Positions 8,646 to 18,231 of a DNA stretch of 25,366 nucleotides are shown piece after piece. The position numbers and the translations under genes were made by a program. The notes below the pieces were generated by a model that was not told the DNA's origin, made no database searches, and saw only the letters and a program-made list of their open reading frames with translations. The first letter of the stretch is position 1. The number at the start of each line of letters is the position of its first letter. Source of the stretch: Candidatus Hermodarchaeota archaeon (GTDB lineage: Archaea; Asgardarchaeota; Lokiarchaeia; Sigyniarchaeales; SOKP01); contig JBHLLO010000040.1 in assembly GCA_048885535.1 (NCBI GenBank), forward strand, positions 1-25,366, in the 5' to 3' direction.

Positions 8646-9497
8646 TTAATCACGAAAGAATTTTTTAAAATTTGAGATAATCACTTCCGGTTTATCGTGA
8701 ATAACCCAATGAGATGCATTTTCTACTCGCTGCACTTTTAAGTCTTTCACATATTCCGATAATCCATTCAGATTTTGGGGTAAAACCGCTTGATCTTGCA
8801 TACCATGAATCACCAAAGTGGGTACGTTTATTATGCCAGTTAATTTATCAAAATTAACATTTGCTCTATAATAATTCACGCCACTTACTATTGCATCCGT
8901 TTGAGACCAAGCTTCTAGGTATTTTTGTTTGGTAAATTCATCAAAAGCATCTTTATTCTTTGCAGCTCCGAAAACTGCCGCTTTCAATGCCTTAAAATTA
9001 TCAGTTAATAAAAATTTCTCTCCTTGCGGTTTAAGAAACTCAAAAATGTAAAAACTAGCTTTTTGTTGTTCTTTATTAGTCCTTAAATTATATTGAAATA
9101 TCTTTGGGTGAGGTCCATTTAAAGTTGCTAATTTCTTAACCATTTCTGGATACTTTTCTGTAAAAGCCCAAGCAATAACGGCTCCCCAATCTTGCGCTCC
9201 TAAATAGAATTTCTTCAAGTTTAGCTTTTCACTTAGTCCTTTTAGATCTTCTACCAATATATCGAGTAAATAATTTTCCTTTCCTTGAGGTTTATCAGAT
9301 AAATTATACCCTCTCAGATCTGGTATTATTAATCTATAACTTTTTCTGAGTTCTGGAATAATTGGTGCCCATCCAAACCAAAAATCTGGAAACCCATGAA
9401 GTAAAATTAAAGGAGCTCCAGATCCGATCATTGCAGTATGCAACTTGACTCCGTTAGTTAAAATATATTCATGTTTAACTTCCTTTAACCAATCCAT
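8646..9497 (-). CDS. Alpha/beta-fold hydrolase, epoxide hydrolase-like
   Basis: HGFPD oxyanion motif, PDLRGYNLS, nucleophile Asp in AQDWGA, cap tyrosines (SFYIFEF, NYYRAN), catalytic His in ASHWV. GAGGA SD-like sequence upstream. Confidence 0.9.
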   Translation of the reverse strand: MDWLKEVKHEYILTNGVKLHTAMIGSGAPLILLHGFPDFWFGWAPIIPELRKSYRLIIPDLRGYNLSDKPQGKENYLLDILVEDLKGLSEKLNLKKFYLGAQDWGAVIAWAFTEKYPEMVKKLATLNGPHPKIFQYNLRTNKEQQKASFYIFEFLKPQGEKFLLTDNFKALKAAVFGAAKNKDAFDEFTKQKYLEAWSQTDAIVSGVNYYRANVNFDKLTGIINVPTLVIHGMQDQAVLPQNLNGLSEYVKDLKVQRVENASHWVIHDKPEVIISNFKKFFRD

Positions 9498-9755
9498 TTT
9501 TTATCCTCAATTATAAGAATATGAATATAGTATTATTGAATTATCCTTTCATCTAAAAAGTAAATGGCTATAATTCAAAAGTAATTAAAAGAAGGAAATA
9601 TGGAGGTTATGGATATATTTTTAAAAGATGAGAGCATAGTATGTAGTTTGTTGAATAAGAATCTTAATAGTGAATATAATAAAATAGAGTAATTTAATGA
9701 AAATAATTAAAAGAAACAATAAAATATCATTAACTAAAAAAATTTTATACCTATC

Positions 9756-9965
9756 CTATTCAAAATAAGCTCGGAATGATTCTTCAAAATCATCAACAGA
9801 TTCACTATTCAGTTCAGCAAATTTATAACGACCACGTGGCAATTTTTCCTTTTTATTGAAGTGTTTCTTAAGAGAACTCTCAAAATCACTGGCGCTCATA
9901 CTCTTTTCTTCAGCAAATTTGATTTCACCAAAATGCTTCAGGTATTCAGGATCTGGTTCACTCAT
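9756..9965 (-). CDS. Small hypothetical protein with an internal two-copy repeat
   Basis: 69-aa ATG ORF, richer in GC than its flanks; KFAEEKSMSASDFESSLKKHF versus KFAELNSESVDDFEESFRAYF. Confidence 0.7.
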   Translation of the reverse strand: MSEPDPEYLKHFGEIKFAEEKSMSASDFESSLKKHFNKKEKLPRGRYKFAELNSESVDDFEESFRAYFE

Positions 9966-10364
9966 TTTTTTATCACTTTATATTTTTGTTCAAATGTTTG
10001 TTTAATCAAATAAATGTTAACATAAATAAATCCGATTCAACTATTTAAACCTTTTCATACAAATAAACTTATGAAAAAATTTTATTCGGAAAAGATTCCC
10101 ACTTTTCTTACATTAAACTTTTTAGGAAATATGTTGTAATTTTTAATTAATAACAAAACTACTTCCCTATCTCCGTTTATTAGATCAATTCCGACAAAAA
10201 ATATTAACATATATTAATAAATGGATTTCGAATTTAGAACTTTTTAAATAGATAGAATAAAATCATTTCTTTATTTTAGACATATAAGTTAATTTATTAA
10301 TAGACTAATGGATATAATAATCAATGATGAAACGAAAAAAGACTATAAAAAAAATTAGTGTTGT

Positions 10365-11309
10365 ATGATGAGGAAAGTAGATAATAAAGTATTCTTAAAT
10401 TATTTGCTACAATCTCTAAATGTTGATGAGTTAAAACAGCTTTGTCGAGATTTTAAGATAAAAGGATTTTCAAAATGGAAAAAAATTGAGTTAGTTGAGA
10501 ACATTTTAAGTATTTTATCTGATGAAGAAATAGAAACCCTGATAAGAGAAAGAGAGATGGATATTATATCAACTTCAATAAACGACGCAATAAAAATAAT
10601 TAAAGGTGGGGGTAGAGAAAAACTAAGTGAAATTAGAATTGTAAATGAAGAAGAGCATATAGTTGAATTTGATTTCAAGGGTTTTAACTGGGAGACCTCT
10701 TCTTATTTATCTATTAATCCTCAAAATATCAATAATCCGGAGAGAGATTGTGATTGTCGAGTTGGTATTAATATGGGACTTTGTAGTCATTTTTGGGTGG
10801 GTTTTATTTTATCATTAAAGCGTAATTACTTTAAATTATCAGAATGGAATTTAACTCTACTGCCAGATGATTTTGAAGAAATGATTCAATCAATAGAAAT
10901 ATCAGCTATACCTCACGAAAAGAAGGAAGAGCAAATAACGCTAATAGATTCTAGTTCTGATACCACACATTATATGAAATATTTAGATCAGAGTGTCACA
11001 ATTTACGAAGGCAAAATATCCAAAATTGAGAAAAAAACTCAACAATTCCAAGAAATTGAAACTATATACTATTTAGTATCCTTAGTAAAGGTGAAAATTG
11101 GTCCACGCATCCAAAAAAAAAGTGATTTTAAAGAGGAAGATATTGAAACTCTAGATGAATTAAATATTCGAATAAGTGATAGACTATATGAAGATATGAA
11201 ATTAAAAGAAGGAGATAAAATAACTGTTAATGGAAGATTAACCAGAGATGACTTTCTAAAGTTATATGTTGTTAAAAACATCAGAAAAATCACTAAAATT
11301 AACAGTTAA
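10365..11309 (+). CDS. Putative nucleic-acid-binding protein: Rho_N/SAP-like HeH domain + SWIM zinc finger + probable OB fold
   Basis: LNVDELKQLCRDFKIKGFSKWKKIELVENIL (helix-extension-helix); CDC-x8-CSH (SWIM CxCxnCxH); C-terminal beta-rich region with LKEGDKITVNGRL (OB-like). Confidence 0.7.
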   Translation: MMRKVDNKVFLNYLLQSLNVDELKQLCRDFKIKGFSKWKKIELVENILSILSDEEIETLIREREMDIISTSINDAIKIIKGGGREKLSEIRIVNEEEHIVEFDFKGFNWETSSYLSINPQNINNPERDCDCRVGINMGLCSHFWVGFILSLKRNYFKLSEWNLTLLPDDFEEMIQSIEISAIPHEKKEEQITLIDSSSDTTHYMKYLDQSVTIYEGKISKIEKKTQQFQEIETIYYLVSLVKVKIGPRIQKKSDFKEEDIETLDELNIRISDRLYEDMKLKEGDKITVNGRLTRDDFLKLYVVKNIRKITKINS

Positions 11310-11315
11310 TCCTTA

Positions 11316-11332
11316 AAAAGTTATTTATATTA
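11316..11332 (+). promoter_or_regulatory. Probable BRE-TATA promoter of pncB
   Basis: AAAAGTTATTTATATTA upstream of the ATG at 11396. Confidence 0.4.
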
Positions 11333-11395
11333 ATTTTATTAATAATATGTAATTGTTAATAACTTTACTTATCTATTAGGATAAGGTAATTTTAT

Positions 11396-12775
11396 ATGAA
11401 TTATGTAAGATCTGGTTTTATTGACGACAATAACATGATTTTAGCCACTGATTTTTATCAATTAACAATGAGTGCTGCTTATTATCAATATAATTTGGAG
11501 AATAATATTAATGAGAATGATGAAAAAGCCACCTTTGAATTATTTATAAGACATTTTCCGAAAAATCGAAATTATATGATTTTTGCTGGTTTAGAGCCCG
11601 CCATTTACTATTTATTAAATGCAAGTTTTTCAGAACGCGTTATAAGCTTTTTGAGAGAGAAGAAGGTATTCAGAAACATCGATTCAAGTTTTTTCAATGA
11701 GTATTTACCCAATTTTAGATTTAAGGTTAATGTTTGGGCAATGAGAGAAGGAGAATTTTTTTTTCCAAATGAGCCTATAGTTCGTGTTCAAGGTCCAATT
11801 ATTCATGCCCAATTAGCTGAGACATATTTATTGAATGTAATTAATTATCAAAGTTTAATAGCTTCTAAAGCATCTAAAATAAGAAACGTCGCTCCAGATA
11901 AAATCCTACTTGAATTTGGTACAAGAAGATCACATAGCCCGCTTGCAGGAGTGTATGCTGCTCGGGCAAGTTATATCGCTGGTTTTAATGGCACTAGTAA
12001 TGTAATTGCAGATTTGGAATTGAAAATTAATTCTACAGGAACTATGGCTCACAGTTTTATACAAAGATTTGAAAGTGAAGATGAGAGTTTTAACCTATAT
12101 TACAATCTTTATGGAAAGGACTCAATTCTATTGATTGATACTTACAATACCGAAATAGGTGCAAAAAGATCAAGCAAATATGGGAACAAAATAAGAGGAG
12201 TTAGAATAGATTCTGGAGATATTATTGAACATTCCAAAAAAGTTCGAAAAATTTTAGATGACCATAATTGTAAAGATGTTATAATAGTTGCAAGTTCAGA
12301 TTTAAATGAATATAAGATTAAAGATATCATCGAAAAGAAAGCCCCTATAGATGCCTTTGGAGTAGGGACTGAATTGACAACCTCAAGTGATGATCCAACC
12401 ATTTCAGGAGTCTACAAATTAATCGATTATAATGGTATCCCAAAAATTAAAACAAGTGAAGAAAAGCTTACATACCCAGGTGTTAAACAAGTGTTTAGGA
12501 TTTATGATAAAAATGACTTATTTAAAGAAGACATCTTAGCTTTAGAGAATGAAACAAAACCTCATGATTCAGAACCTTTATTAATCCCAATTATGCAAAA
12601 TGGAGAAATAGTTTATAAATTTCCAAAAATAAGTGAAATTCGTCAGTTTTACTTGAAAAACATTAAAAAGTTACCAGAAAATTATAAAGAACTTGAGCAG
12701 AATCAGCTTTTTAAATTAAAAATCACGAAAAAGTTAAGAAATTTAACTAATTCATTAAAAGAAAATTCTTACTAA
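11396..12775 (+). CDS. pncB: Nicotinate phosphoribosyltransferase
   Basis: ATDFYQLTM, LEFGTRR, GTSNV, GTMAHSF (phospho-His), LIDTY, RIDSGD, FGVGT, GVYKL and K.TYPGVKQVFR. Confidence 0.95.
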   Translation: MNYVRSGFIDDNNMILATDFYQLTMSAAYYQYNLENNINENDEKATFELFIRHFPKNRNYMIFAGLEPAIYYLLNASFSERVISFLREKKVFRNIDSSFFNEYLPNFRFKVNVWAMREGEFFFPNEPIVRVQGPIIHAQLAETYLLNVINYQSLIASKASKIRNVAPDKILLEFGTRRSHSPLAGVYAARASYIAGFNGTSNVIADLELKINSTGTMAHSFIQRFESEDESFNLYYNLYGKDSILLIDTYNTEIGAKRSSKYGNKIRGVRIDSGDIIEHSKKVRKILDDHNCKDVIIVASSDLNEYKIKDIIEKKAPIDAFGVGTELTTSSDDPTISGVYKLIDYNGIPKIKTSEEKLTYPGVKQVFRIYDKNDLFKEDILALENETKPHDSEPLLIPIMQNGEIVYKFPKISEIRQFYLKNIKKLPENYKELEQNQLFKLKITKKLRNLTNSLKENSY

Positions 12776-12856
12776 TTATTATCAAATAAAAATTTTATAT
12801 ATGATTTCTGAATAAAATTTAATATTAAAATTTAAAACGTTTTGAGGTTAAGAGAT

Positions 12857-13144
12857 GTGAACGATAAGCCAAAATTAGGATTTAAAATTACTGGTTTAAT
12901 AAAAAGCGTTAAAGGCACTTGTTCAGCGGGCCATAAAGTAGGGGACAAGATAGAATTGAGCGGGTATGATTCTGGAGGATTATGTGGATTTTTTTATCAT
13001 GATATCTTCCCATATATTATAATGCTCCAATTTGGGGGATCATTTCCATCAGATTGGGGTAATGATCCTGATATTGTGGAACTCGAATGCATTGATAAAA
13101 TTAATACAGTTACAATTGAATTGAGAAGAGTAAAAGAAGACTAA
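12857..13144 (+). CDS. TIGR04076-family small Cys protein
   Basis: VKGTCSAGHKVGD ... GLCGFFYHDIFPYIIMLQFGG ... ECID ... VTIELRR pattern. The start is placed at GTG 12857 because GAGGT lies 8 nt upstream; the ORF track starts at TTG 12842. Confidence 0.8.
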   Translation: MNDKPKLGFKITGLIKSVKGTCSAGHKVGDKIELSGYDSGGLCGFFYHDIFPYIIMLQFGGSFPSDWGNDPDIVELECIDKINTVTIELRRVKED

Positions 13145-13297
13145 AAAATTTTCTTTAGAAGTGTATTTAAAAACTTTTCTAAAATATTTATGATTTAATA
13201 TTTCATTTGAGTCAAATTTTTATTTCTTTATTCTGGAAGATCCCTAATAAGATTTAATTTTGTCGTCAAAATATTTTTTAAGGAGTGAGGTATATAT

Positions 13298-13471
13298 ATG
13301 GAGAATGAATCAAAATTACCTCCAGATCACCATATTCTTTCTTGTCCATTTCTGAATAGTTGTAATCTACCAAAATCTCAAAATTTATGCAACTTCCCTG
13401 AATATAAAATATGTCCAGATTATCAGTCTAAACTAAATAATCTAAAACAATCTTCAAAAGTATTGCATTAA
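13298..13471 (+). CDS. Small four-cysteine protein, 57 aa, absent from the ORF track
   Basis: Strong SD-like AGGAGTGAGGT before the ATG. Translation: MENESKLPPDHHILSCPFLNSCNLPKSQNLCNFPEYKICPDYQSKLNNLKQSSKVLH. It fills an otherwise empty 470-nt gap. Confidence 0.7.
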   Translation: MENESKLPPDHHILSCPFLNSCNLPKSQNLCNFPEYKICPDYQSKLNNLKQSSKVLH

Positions 13472-13613
13472 AAAGATTTCAAAAAATACTTCCTAATAAA
13501 TTCAGAAATTTATACTAGTCTCTTCTAAATTTGATTTTTATTTAATTAAAAAACAATTTATAATTCAAGTAATATTTCTAGATCTTGATTTTTAATTAGG
13601 AAATGAATCAAAA

Positions 13614-15095
13614 GTGTTAAATTTGAAAGTTAATAATATTATCGATACATTCCTTAACCCAAAGTCGGTGGCTGTTATTGGAGCATCCAAAAATCCTTTA
13701 AAGGGAGGACATCGTATCTTAAAAAATTTAATAGCAAATAATTTCAAAGGAGATATTTATCCAGTCAATATTAATTCAACTGGTAAAGTTCTAGGTTTAG
13801 AATTTAAAAAATCTGTTCTTGATATTGAAAATGATCTAGATGTGGTCGTTTTTTACGTACCAAATCAGTCTATTCCCACAATACTAGAAGAATGTGTCCA
13901 AAAAGGAGTGAAAGGAGCAATCATCGAAGCATCAGGATTTGAAGAAGTTGGAAATAAGGGACTTGAATTAAGGGATCAAATTGTTGATATAACAGAAAAC
14001 TTTTCTAAGATTCGAATAGTTGGACCTAATTGTATGGGCCTTACCAGAATTGATGGAGATAGTGATAACGAGGATAAAGGGGGCTTTTTTACTTCTTTTT
14101 TAGTGTTCAATGAGTATAAAAGGGGAAATATCGCTATTATAAGTCAATCAGGCATGTTAAATGGTGGATATTTCACTCACTTAGTTACAAAATATCCTTA
14201 TCTTGGGTTTAGGTATATTTGTACTATTGGAAATAAAATGGATTTAAGTGAGTTAGAGTTTCTGGATTATTTCTTATCAGATCCTGAGATAAAGGTCATT
14301 GCAATGTACCTTGAATCATTTAAGGATCCCAGGAAATTTATTAAGTTATGTGAAAAAGCAAAAGATTTACAGAATAAAACTATAATCTTAACTAAAGGAG
14401 GATTAACTTCCCAAGGTCAAAAATCTACTATAAGTCATACAGCCTCACTTTCAGAAAACTCTAAATTAACTGAAGCTACTATTAAACAGTCAGGTATTAT
14501 TCAGGCTAGGAACTTTTATGATTTATTCGAATTTGCAAGAACATTCTCATGGATGTATGCCACCAATAAAACCTTACCAAAACATGGTGGTGTGGCGCAA
14601 ATCTTTGGATCAGGAGGAGCCGGCACGATTTCAGCAGACCTCACAATGCAATATGGCTTAAAACTTCCTTTATTTAAGGAGGAGACATATTCAGTACTTG
14701 TGGATTTATTTCCAGAGTGGATGCCACCCAATAAATTCGCGTTTGTAGATATATGGCCAGCACTGGAAAAGGCAATGACAATTGGCATTAATCCAGGTGA
14801 TATAATAAGAAAGGTTTATGCTACTTTATTAGAGGAACCAGAAATTGAAGGGATTTTTAATATGTTATTTTGCTCTAAACAATTTAGAGTAGTAAATGAT
14901 GTGAATTATCTAATTGATATTATCTCTACTTATCCTAAACCTGTTTTTCTATTCTTAGTTGGAGAATATGATGAAGTTCGCCTAGTCACTCAACAATTAA
15001 GTAAGCATAGCATTCCTAGTTTCTCAAACTTGGAAGATATGGTGAAAAATTTTCGTATATTACTTCAAGATTCAAATAAGAAATTGATAAAATAA
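13614..15095 (+). CDS. ADP-forming acyl/acetate-CoA synthetase alpha subunit (CoA-binding domain protein)
   Basis: PKSVAVIGAS, YPVN, SGFEE, IVGPNCMG, ISQSG, IGNKMD, MYLES and SHTASL (phospho-His). No ATP-grasp domain is fused. Start codon uncertain (GTG 13614 or TTG 13623). Confidence 0.88.
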   Translation: MLNLKVNNIIDTFLNPKSVAVIGASKNPLKGGHRILKNLIANNFKGDIYPVNINSTGKVLGLEFKKSVLDIENDLDVVVFYVPNQSIPTILEECVQKGVKGAIIEASGFEEVGNKGLELRDQIVDITENFSKIRIVGPNCMGLTRIDGDSDNEDKGGFFTSFLVFNEYKRGNIAIISQSGMLNGGYFTHLVTKYPYLGFRYICTIGNKMDLSELEFLDYFLSDPEIKVIAMYLESFKDPRKFIKLCEKAKDLQNKTIILTKGGLTSQGQKSTISHTASLSENSKLTEATIKQSGIIQARNFYDLFEFARTFSWMYATNKTLPKHGGVAQIFGSGGAGTISADLTMQYGLKLPLFKEETYSVLVDLFPEWMPPNKFAFVDIWPALEKAMTIGINPGDIIRKVYATLLEEPEIEGIFNMLFCSKQFRVVNDVNYLIDIISTYPKPVFLFLVGEYDEVRLVTQQLSKHSIPSFSNLEDMVKNFRILLQDSNKKLIK

Positions 15096-15130
15096 AAAAA
15101 ATAAATTGCTCTCATTAAATTTGAAGGCAA

Positions 15131-15802
15131 TTAAGATCTTTTTTTACCAATGGAATATCCTATGATAACTAAGATAAAAGCTCCAAATAGTAAATATAAA
15201 GCAGGACCTATAGATACATCAAGCCAAAAACTACCATACCCTAAAATTCTGCTCAATATCTCAAATGAAATAATATAACTTAAAACTCCTCCTATACTCA
15301 CAAATCCAAATGCAAATATTACATTTGAATAGTATTTCCCTGATTTTCTTAACCTCGCGGATTGAATAATAATAATGATTGCAGAAGTTAAAATTATCAC
15401 TGTACTTATTATAGATATTGTCAGTTCTATTGGGCTAGTAGTCCAACCTGAAGATATCCCATAACCTATTTGAAAAATTACGATTAATCCAAAAATAAAT
15501 CCTAAAAACACAGTTCCAAACCCTAATGTTTTATACAAGACGGGAGTTATCAGACCAATTAAGCTAATTATTCCTGCAATTAATGACAAAATCCAATACT
15601 TATGAGTTCCTTTAGCTTTGATGCTAGGTTCTATAGGCTTATAAACAGATTCAACTGAGGATGGCGTTATTGATGGAGATATATCCCCTGAAACCGATTT
15701 AAAATCCTCAACTGGTTTCACTGTTAGGCGACTTCCACAATTAGCACATACATTCCAGTCTTCTTCCACTGGGCTTCCACAATTAGAACAAAATCTTGCC
15801 AT
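15131..15802 (-). CDS. Zinc-ribbon membrane protein
   Basis: N-terminal FCSNCG-x9-CANCG, a Pro/Ser linker, then 4-5 hydrophobic helices and a basic C-terminus. Confidence 0.82.
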   Translation of the reverse strand: MARFCSNCGSPVEEDWNVCANCGSRLTVKPVEDFKSVSGDISPSITPSSVESVYKPIEPSIKAKGTHKYWILSLIAGIISLIGLITPVLYKTLGFGTVFLGFIFGLIVIFQIGYGISSGWTTSPIELTISIISTVIILTSAIIIIIQSARLRKSGKYYSNVIFAFGFVSIGGVLSYIISFEILSRILGYGSFWLDVSIGPALYLLFGAFILVIIGYSIGKKRS

Positions 15803-16040
15803 AGTACATATTCAATTTTACATTATTTAAATTTTTATTATGTCTTATTAGACGAAAATTTCTTTCAAACTTTAATTTTAATAAAAAGAAGGGTAATACT
15901 AGCTTTTTATGAATATTACTAACATTGAGAATATTAAATGTAATATAATATTCGGAATCATCGGAATACGTTTAAATAACTTCAAATGTATTTCTCTTTA
16001 ATTAAAGAATTATTTTAATAAAACTTGGAGAAAAATTAAT

Positions 16041-17813
16041 ATGTATCATTTAGACGGTATAGACGTCTTAGAAGCTAAATACTACAGAAAAACTTTTAGT
16101 ATATGCCCAGAATGTTTAGAACGTATCCCCGCAGAAGTATATGAAGATGACAATGAAGAGATATGGATGAAAAAAAATTGTCCCGATCATGGGGATTTTA
16201 AGGACAAAATCAGTTCCTCTGCTAAATATTATAAATGGACGCACCATGCAATGAAAGATAAAGACGGAAAGATTATATGGCAATTTGATAAGGATGGAGA
16301 AGCCAATCCTCCTGATTGTGCGCCAGAAGATTCACGAGGTTGTCCTTATAACTGTGGACTTTGCCCCGAACATTTGTCTACTTGTTCCCTAGCGCTTATT
16401 GACTTGACTAATCGCTGTAATTTTAGCTGTAATTTTTGTTATGCTAATGTGGAGAAAGCTGGTTATTTAGTCGAACCAACTTTTGAAGAAATCGGGATAA
16501 TAATGGACCATTTTAGAAATAAACCAATGCCTGCTATAGCTATCATGTTCACCGGAGGAGAACCAACAGTAAGAAAGGACTTTCCTGAGATTTGCAAAAT
16601 GGCAAAAGATAAGGGATTTAAAGAGGTTATTGTAGCAACAAATGGATATGGGTTCCAGCGCAAGGACGGTGGATTAGAATTTACCAAAAAATGTTGGGAA
16701 TTAGGTTTAGATACCTTATATTTCCAATTTGATGGAATTAATGATATTACTTATGAAAAAACACGTGGAATTAAAAATCTTATGGCATACAAGCAAAGAG
16801 TCATCGATAACTGTCGAAAGGCAGGTCTTAGTTCGGTAGTTTTAGTAGCCACAATTGCTAAGGGTGTTACTGATATTGAAATTGGGAACATTATCCAATA
16901 TGCGATTGATAATATTGATGTGGTTAGAGGTATTACTTTTCAACCGGTTTCGCTATGTGGAAGGATTACAGCAGAAGAGATGGATGATCTCCGAATAACT
17001 AATGCGGATGTTCTCAAAGCAATCGAGGAACAAACTGGTGGAAAGCTTAGCATGGAAAATGCATGGTATCCACTCACAACTATTGTAGAGTTTGGTAGAC
17101 TTATCGCATACTTAGCGGATGTAGAGCCTATCGAATTTACATGTCATCCTGACTGTGGATTTGCAACATATCTTTCAGTAGATCCTGACACTGGGACGAT
17201 GGTTCCCATCATGGATTATTTTGATCCACTGAAAGTAATTGACTTTGCTAATAGATTCTGGGAAAAAGTGAAACATAAAGAGAAAGAGCAGATTAAATTC
17301 TTTGAAAACTTTCTTGGCGATTTTGGAAAAACATTAGATAAAGGACTGAACTTTTTAGATAAGCAACAGCTTCGAGCAAGATTTCTACTAGGTGTATTGC
17401 AGTATATGAAGAAACCAGGAAAACTTATGGAAATGTTTGGTAGACTAATAATGAACGGAGATTGGGAGAGTATCAGCTCATTCAGCCATGGAACACTTCT
17501 ATTATCAAGCATGCACTTCCAAGATGCATATAATATGGATCTTGAAAGAGCAAAAAGATGCATTGTTCATTTCGGAGTAGCTATGCCCGATAAAACAGTA
17601 AAGGAGATTTCGTTCTGTACTATGAACACACTACACCGCCCTAATATAGAAAAACAAATAGCTAAAAAGGTTTCCCAAAAGGTTCGAGACGAATTTGATA
17701 CTTCAGTTGGTCAAGCTAGAGAAGATCTTGAAGACTTTGAACAGAAAGTAGAGCCAGAAGTTGCTCAAAATGGTGGTATAAATATAGATGAACTAGAAGA
17801 GGAGGAGGAATAG
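16041..17813 (+). CDS. tes: Radical SAM tetraether lipid synthase (Tes / GDGT-MAS family)
   Basis: N-terminal CPEC ... CPDHG metal site; CPYNCGLCPEH cluster motif; DLTNRCNFSCNFCYAN radical SAM motif; FTGGEPT; YFQFDG; QPVS; CHPDCG; MHFQDAYNMDLERAKRCIVH; FCTMN. This motif set matches the MJ0619/MA_1486 family. Confidence 0.87.
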   Translation: MYHLDGIDVLEAKYYRKTFSICPECLERIPAEVYEDDNEEIWMKKNCPDHGDFKDKISSSAKYYKWTHHAMKDKDGKIIWQFDKDGEANPPDCAPEDSRGCPYNCGLCPEHLSTCSLALIDLTNRCNFSCNFCYANVEKAGYLVEPTFEEIGIIMDHFRNKPMPAIAIMFTGGEPTVRKDFPEICKMAKDKGFKEVIVATNGYGFQRKDGGLEFTKKCWELGLDTLYFQFDGINDITYEKTRGIKNLMAYKQRVIDNCRKAGLSSVVLVATIAKGVTDIEIGNIIQYAIDNIDVVRGITFQPVSLCGRITAEEMDDLRITNADVLKAIEEQTGGKLSMENAWYPLTTIVEFGRLIAYLADVEPIEFTCHPDCGFATYLSVDPDTGTMVPIMDYFDPLKVIDFANRFWEKVKHKEKEQIKFFENFLGDFGKTLDKGLNFLDKQQLRARFLLGVLQYMKKPGKLMEMFGRLIMNGDWESISSFSHGTLLLSSMHFQDAYNMDLERAKRCIVHFGVAMPDKTVKEISFCTMNTLHRPNIEKQIAKKVSQKVRDEFDTSVGQAREDLEDFEQKVEPEVAQNGGINIDELEEEEE

Positions 17814-18101
17814 ATGCCAGAAGAAATCATAAAAACTAAAGATGGACTAAAACTTCGTAAACTAACTGAGTTAAAAACCTCAACCGCGAAAGAATACGAA
17901 GATGCGATGTTAAATCGAGTAGAATACTTCAAGAAGAAAAATGAAGAAAAAAGTGGGTTTAATAGTGTTTTACAAAACTCATTTTTTAAAGCTTTCAGGA
18001 GTGCTTTAGACCTTAAGGTAAATATAGATAAAGCCATAGGAGAGGAAAATTTGAAGAAAATTCATGAAGTAATAGATAATATTCTCTTATTTGGCTTATA
18101 A
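17814..18101 (+). CDS. Small hypothetical protein, probably translationally coupled to tes
   Basis: The ATG directly follows the tes TAG (gaa TAG ATG); GGAGGAGG is embedded in the last Glu codons of tes. Confidence 0.75.
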   Translation: MPEEIIKTKDGLKLRKLTELKTSTAKEYEDAMLNRVEYFKKKNEEKSGFNSVLQNSFFKAFRSALDLKVNIDKAIGEENLKKIHEVIDNILLFGL

Positions 18102-18231
18102 ATTATTTTTTGATACTTTTTTATTTAATTTTGGTTTTTTTAATTCATAATAGAATATTATTAATTTTGCAGATAAATTAAATTCCTATCAATAAAAGCT
18201 CTTTATAGACATAACCAAAATTTATACTAAG

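Noticed and set aside
9600-9692. 30-codon ORF MEVMDIFLKDESIVCSLLNKNLNSEYNKIE with a purine-rich upstream sequence
   Set aside because: Too short, no motif, and compatible with chance in AT-rich DNA.
9966-10364. Long AT-rich spacer as a possible replication origin
   Set aside because: No ORB-like repeats with G-strings and no orc1/cdc6 neighbour; divergent promoters explain it.
10308-10368. In-frame ATG at 10308 with TAG at 10356-10358 before the SWIM gene (possible read-through), and a 14-codon ORF overlapping its start
   Set aside because: The gene has its own ATG just before the first domain; nothing supports pyrrolysine, read-through or uORF function.
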